A DNA stretch of 20,000 nucleotides from an uncultured virus (IMG/VR IMGVR_UViG_3300028027_000046) (taxonomy: Duplodnaviria > Heunggongvirae > Uroviricota > Caudoviricetes): IMG/VR virus record IMGVR_UViG_3300028027_000046; one strand, written 5' to 3'. The notes beneath the pieces were generated by a model. That model was not told the DNA's origin. It worked only from the letters and a program-made list of their open reading frames with translations, and did not search any database. Each line of letters opens with the position of its first letter. Positions within the stretch are counted from its first letter, which is position 1. Of the stretch, positions 17,747 through 20,000 are shown piece by piece. Made by a program: the position numbers and the translations under genes.

Positions 17747-18253
17747 ATGGCAATTTTTGGCTCACAGAGAGACATATCATTCTTCAGACACATCAACCGC
17801 GAATTACTTTGGGATGTGGTTACACAACAATGTGCTGTGTATAAACTTAAACTAGACCAAACCAAAGTAAACATATATGGCGAGGCATCTGGAGACAAGT
17901 TTTATTTCGACCCGGTACTAATTAACGCGTTAATTCAACGTGGTGAAAAAACACAATCCTCCGGCGATATAGGGGTAGATATGTCACGTGAGATGGAATT
18001 CCGTTTCTTCCGCGACGATTTAGTAGATGCTAAACTTGTACCTGAAGTTGGCGATATCATTCTATACCAAGAAAGTTACTTTGAAGTAGACAATGTAAAC
18101 GACAATCAACTATTCGTAGGTAAAGACCCAGACTACCCATACAATGACAACCCACTCAATCCAGGACTAGAAGAATTTGGTACTAATTTATCCATTATTG
18201 TCCAAGCACACATTACTTCAGCGGATCGTGTACAAATAACTCGTGAACGATAA
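17747..18253 (+). CDS. Neck / head-closure protein (T4 gp14-like)
   Basis: Follows the gp13-like gene; NIYGE and PEVGDIILY...FEVDNV resemble gp14/head-closure motifs. Confidence 0.65.
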   Translation: MAIFGSQRDISFFRHINRELLWDVVTQQCAVYKLKLDQTKVNIYGEASGDKFYFDPVLINALIQRGEKTQSSGDIGVDMSREMEFRFFRDDLVDAKLVPEVGDIILYQESYFEVDNVNDNQLFVGKDPDYPYNDNPLNPGLEEFGTNLSIIVQAHITSADRVQITRER

Positions 18254-18256
18254 GAC

Positions 18257-19045
18257 ATGGCAGAAAGCGCACCATCAATCCCATTCCGCAAGCTAAACCA
18301 ATTTAGAAATGGTGGCTTAGCACTCGAATATACTAATAATTCATTTAATACAGCTGTAACCGAAATAGCAAATATTGGTGCTACAACATCATCGTCTATT
18401 GCCGCTATTGGTACTTCAACTAGTACAGCTATAACCACAATAGCTACCTCAGTATCCCAATCAAATGCTACTACCCGAAACACAGTAACAAACATGTCTA
18501 GTTCTGTTTCGTATACGCTGGATCAACAAAACATAGACATTGCATCACTTGAGAATGCCGTTGTTAGCGCGGTACGTACATCCAAGGTATTCATAAGCAA
18601 AGAAATACCTTACGGTGCTGTAGATGGTGTAAACACTACATTCACATTAGAACATGCACCAACCCCTGGCAGTGAACACTTGTATTTAAACGGTTTACTC
18701 GTGGAGGAAGGCGCGGACACCGATTACTTCATATCTGGTAATACAATCACATTTAGCGAGCCGTTACTCGCAGGTATGCAACTACAATGTACATATCACT
18801 ACAATGCAGAACAACTAACAAATGTATTCGTAGACAAAGAAATACCCTATGGCCATGTTAATGGCACAAACAAAACATTCACACTAGCTGACAATCCAGT
18901 TTTGGGTAGTGAGCATTTATACCTGAACGGGGTGCTCCAGCAAAGTGAAGGCAATGACTATGTAATAGACAATAACGTCATTATATTTATCGAGGCGCCG
19001 TTAGAGGGGATGGTTTTGCGTTGTACTTACTACTACAACACATAA
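18257..19045 (+). CDS. Fibre-like virion protein: hendecad-like stalk plus two tandem beta-rich domains
   Basis: N-terminal 11-residue S/T/A periodicity, then two copies of KEIPYG..G.N.TFTL...P..GSEHLYLNG...DY.I..N.I.F....L.GM.L.CTY. Confidence 0.65.
   Translation: MAESAPSIPFRKLNQFRNGGLALEYTNNSFNTAVTEIANIGATTSSSIAAIGTSTSTAITTIATSVSQSNATTRNTVTNMSSSVSYTLDQQNIDIASLENAVVSAVRTSKVFISKEIPYGAVDGVNTTFTLEHAPTPGSEHLYLNGLLVEEGADTDYFISGNTITFSEPLLAGMQLQCTYHYNAEQLTNVFVDKEIPYGHVNGTNKTFTLADNPVLGSEHLYLNGVLQQSEGNDYVIDNNVIIFIEAPLEGMVLRCTYYYNT
18587..19036 (+). repeat. Intragenic tandem domain duplication (about 72 aa x 2)
   Basis: Copy 1 at 18587-18802 and copy 2 at 18824-19036 share KEIPYG, TFTL, GSEHLYLNG and CTY. 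Confidence 0.9.
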
Positions 19046-19091
19046 TTTCACCTTACTTTCACTATTCCCAAATTTCCGCAAAAAAACGCCA

Positions 19092-19099
19092 TACGTATA
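19092..19099 (+). promoter_or_regulatory. Variant late promoter TACGTATA
   Basis: Ends 20 nt before ATG 19120, which supports 19120 as the true start. Confidence 0.55.
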
Positions 19100-19119
19100 A
19101 CGAAAATAATTTACATACA

Positions 19120-19350
19120 ATGAGTCTTGAAACATATTCAACATCAGATTTATATTTAACAGCCTACCTTAAAATTAAGGGGCACCGTTTCACAGTGGAA
19201 AAATCTGCAAAGAAATCCACATTCATGTTTAACCAAACGCCCGATTTACTATCAAATGTAGATGAATATTTAACGGAAACAGGTTCGTGCGAACCTTTAG
19301 CATTCACAAATGCTATAAAGAACTTGAAGAACTTGCTATTTAACCGATAG
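19120..19350 (+). CDS. Small DUF5659-like protein (76 aa)
   Basis: Start reassigned to ATG 19120 (MSLETYSTSDLYLTAYLKIKG...FMF...IKNLKNLL). The TSDLYL.AYL..G / F.F pattern resembles DUF5659 from memory; unverified. Confidence 0.55.
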   Translation: MSLETYSTSDLYLTAYLKIKGHRFTVEKSAKKSTFMFNQTPDLLSNVDEYLTETGSCEPLAFTNAIKNLKNLLFNR

Positions 19351-19411
19351 TAATTTCACGAGATAGTTCAACTAGTTAACTATTTAATTAATTTCTTTAA
19401 ATCTACAAAGA

Positions 19412-20000
19412 ATGAGTAAAATTACCAAAATCGTATTGGACAAACAGTCCGACTTGATCTTAACTAATGCTACGTTGACAACACCACAAGGTCTTGTAAA
19501 AAGCGACGTTTCAGGATTAGTTACTGATTTGGCAAACTTAGTTACTGCTGATTCAACTGAAGCTGCTGCCCGCATTGCTGGTGACGCTGCTTTGTCTGCA
19601 TCTTTAGCTACTGAGGTTGCTGCACGTATCGCAGACGTTGACGCTGAAGAAGCTGCACGTATCGCTGACGTTGATGCTGAGCAAGCAAGAGCTGAAGCTG
19701 CTGAAGCTGCATTAAGCGCATCATTGGCTACTGAAGTTGCTAACCGTATCACAGATGTTAACGCTGAGGAAACTCGTGCATTAGCTGCTGAAGCAGTATT
19801 GTCTGCATCTGTTGCAACTGAAATCGCTGCACGTGAATTAGCTGTATCTAACGAAGCTACTGCTCGTATCGCTGGTGATACTGCATTGTCTGCATCATTA
19901 GCTGCTGAGATTACTTCTCGTTTAGCTGCTGACGCTGCTGAAGTTGCTGACCGTATCGCAGGTGACGAAATGTTGCAAGACAACATCGACGCTGAACTAC
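19412..20000 (+). CDS. 3'-truncated Ala-rich coiled-coil fibre protein (absent from the ORF track)
   Basis: ATG 19412, open to the window end: MSKITKIVLDKQSDLILTNATL...EAAARIAGDAALSASLATEVAARIADVDA...; MCP-like codon bias. Confidence 0.85.
   Translation, partial: MSKITKIVLDKQSDLILTNATLTTPQGLVKSDVSGLVTDLANLVTADSTEAAARIAGDAALSASLATEVAARIADVDAEEAARIADVDAEQARAEAAEAALSASLATEVANRITDVNAEETRALAAEAVLSASVATEIAARELAVSNEATARIAGDTALSASLAAEITSRLAADAAEVADRIAGDEMLQDNIDAEL
19559..19998 (+). repeat. Alternating 18-aa and 11-aa coiled-coil repeats, including a 33-bp tandem duplication at 19621-19686
   Basis: Units beginning with Glu run 18,11,11,18,11,18,11,18,11,18 residues; tgcacgtatcgc[a/t]gacgttga[c/t]gctga occurs twice in tandem. 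Confidence 0.85.

Noticed and set aside
19021..19119. Upstream extension of the 109-aa ORF
   Set aside because: Uses a TTG start overlapping the previous gene and spans the promoter motif; ATG 19120 fits the promoter spacing.
19384..19986. 200-aa minus-strand ORF in the track
   Set aside because: Shadow of the real + strand fibre gene starting at 19412, which the track missed because it runs off the window.
1..20000. Stop-codon recoding, introns or inteins in terL/portal/MCP, tRNAs, CRISPR arrays
   Set aside because: Core genes are uninterrupted in the standard code, TAA, TAG and TGA all end genes, and no intergenic gap shows a cloverleaf or spaced repeats.

Overview
A gene-dense, entirely + strand late (virion morphogenesis) region of a large tailed dsDNA phage with a T4-type head module. 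In order: a partial nucleotide-kinase/AAA_28-like gene, a probable internal head protein, an overlapping spanin-like membrane-protein pair, terminase large subunit, gp20-like portal, three hypothetical head-region proteins, gp21-like prohead protease, scaffold, gp23-like major capsid protein (MCP), a GIY-YIG/NUMOD/Hef-like mobile endonuclease fusion, PhoH, two hypothetical virion proteins, gp13/gp14-like neck proteins, a repeat fibre-like protein, a small DUF5659-like protein and the start of a coiled-coil fibre gene that the ORF track missed. A-rich starts without clear Shine-Dalgarno sequences, a signal peptide followed by Gln, and D-[ST]-[AVILMT] sequons suggest a Bacteroidota host (inference). 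The most notable signals are: (1) a recurring ATA(TT/CG)TATA promoter-like motif whose main form is the reverse complement of the T4 late promoter; (2) a chimeric endonuclease with its promoter inside an inverted repeat and a codon-shifted MCP 3' end next to it; (3) head-region proteins apparently built as modules between gp21-type cleavage sites; (4) a structured leader ahead of the scaffold-MCP operon. All family calls come from recognising motifs by eye; no database search was run.
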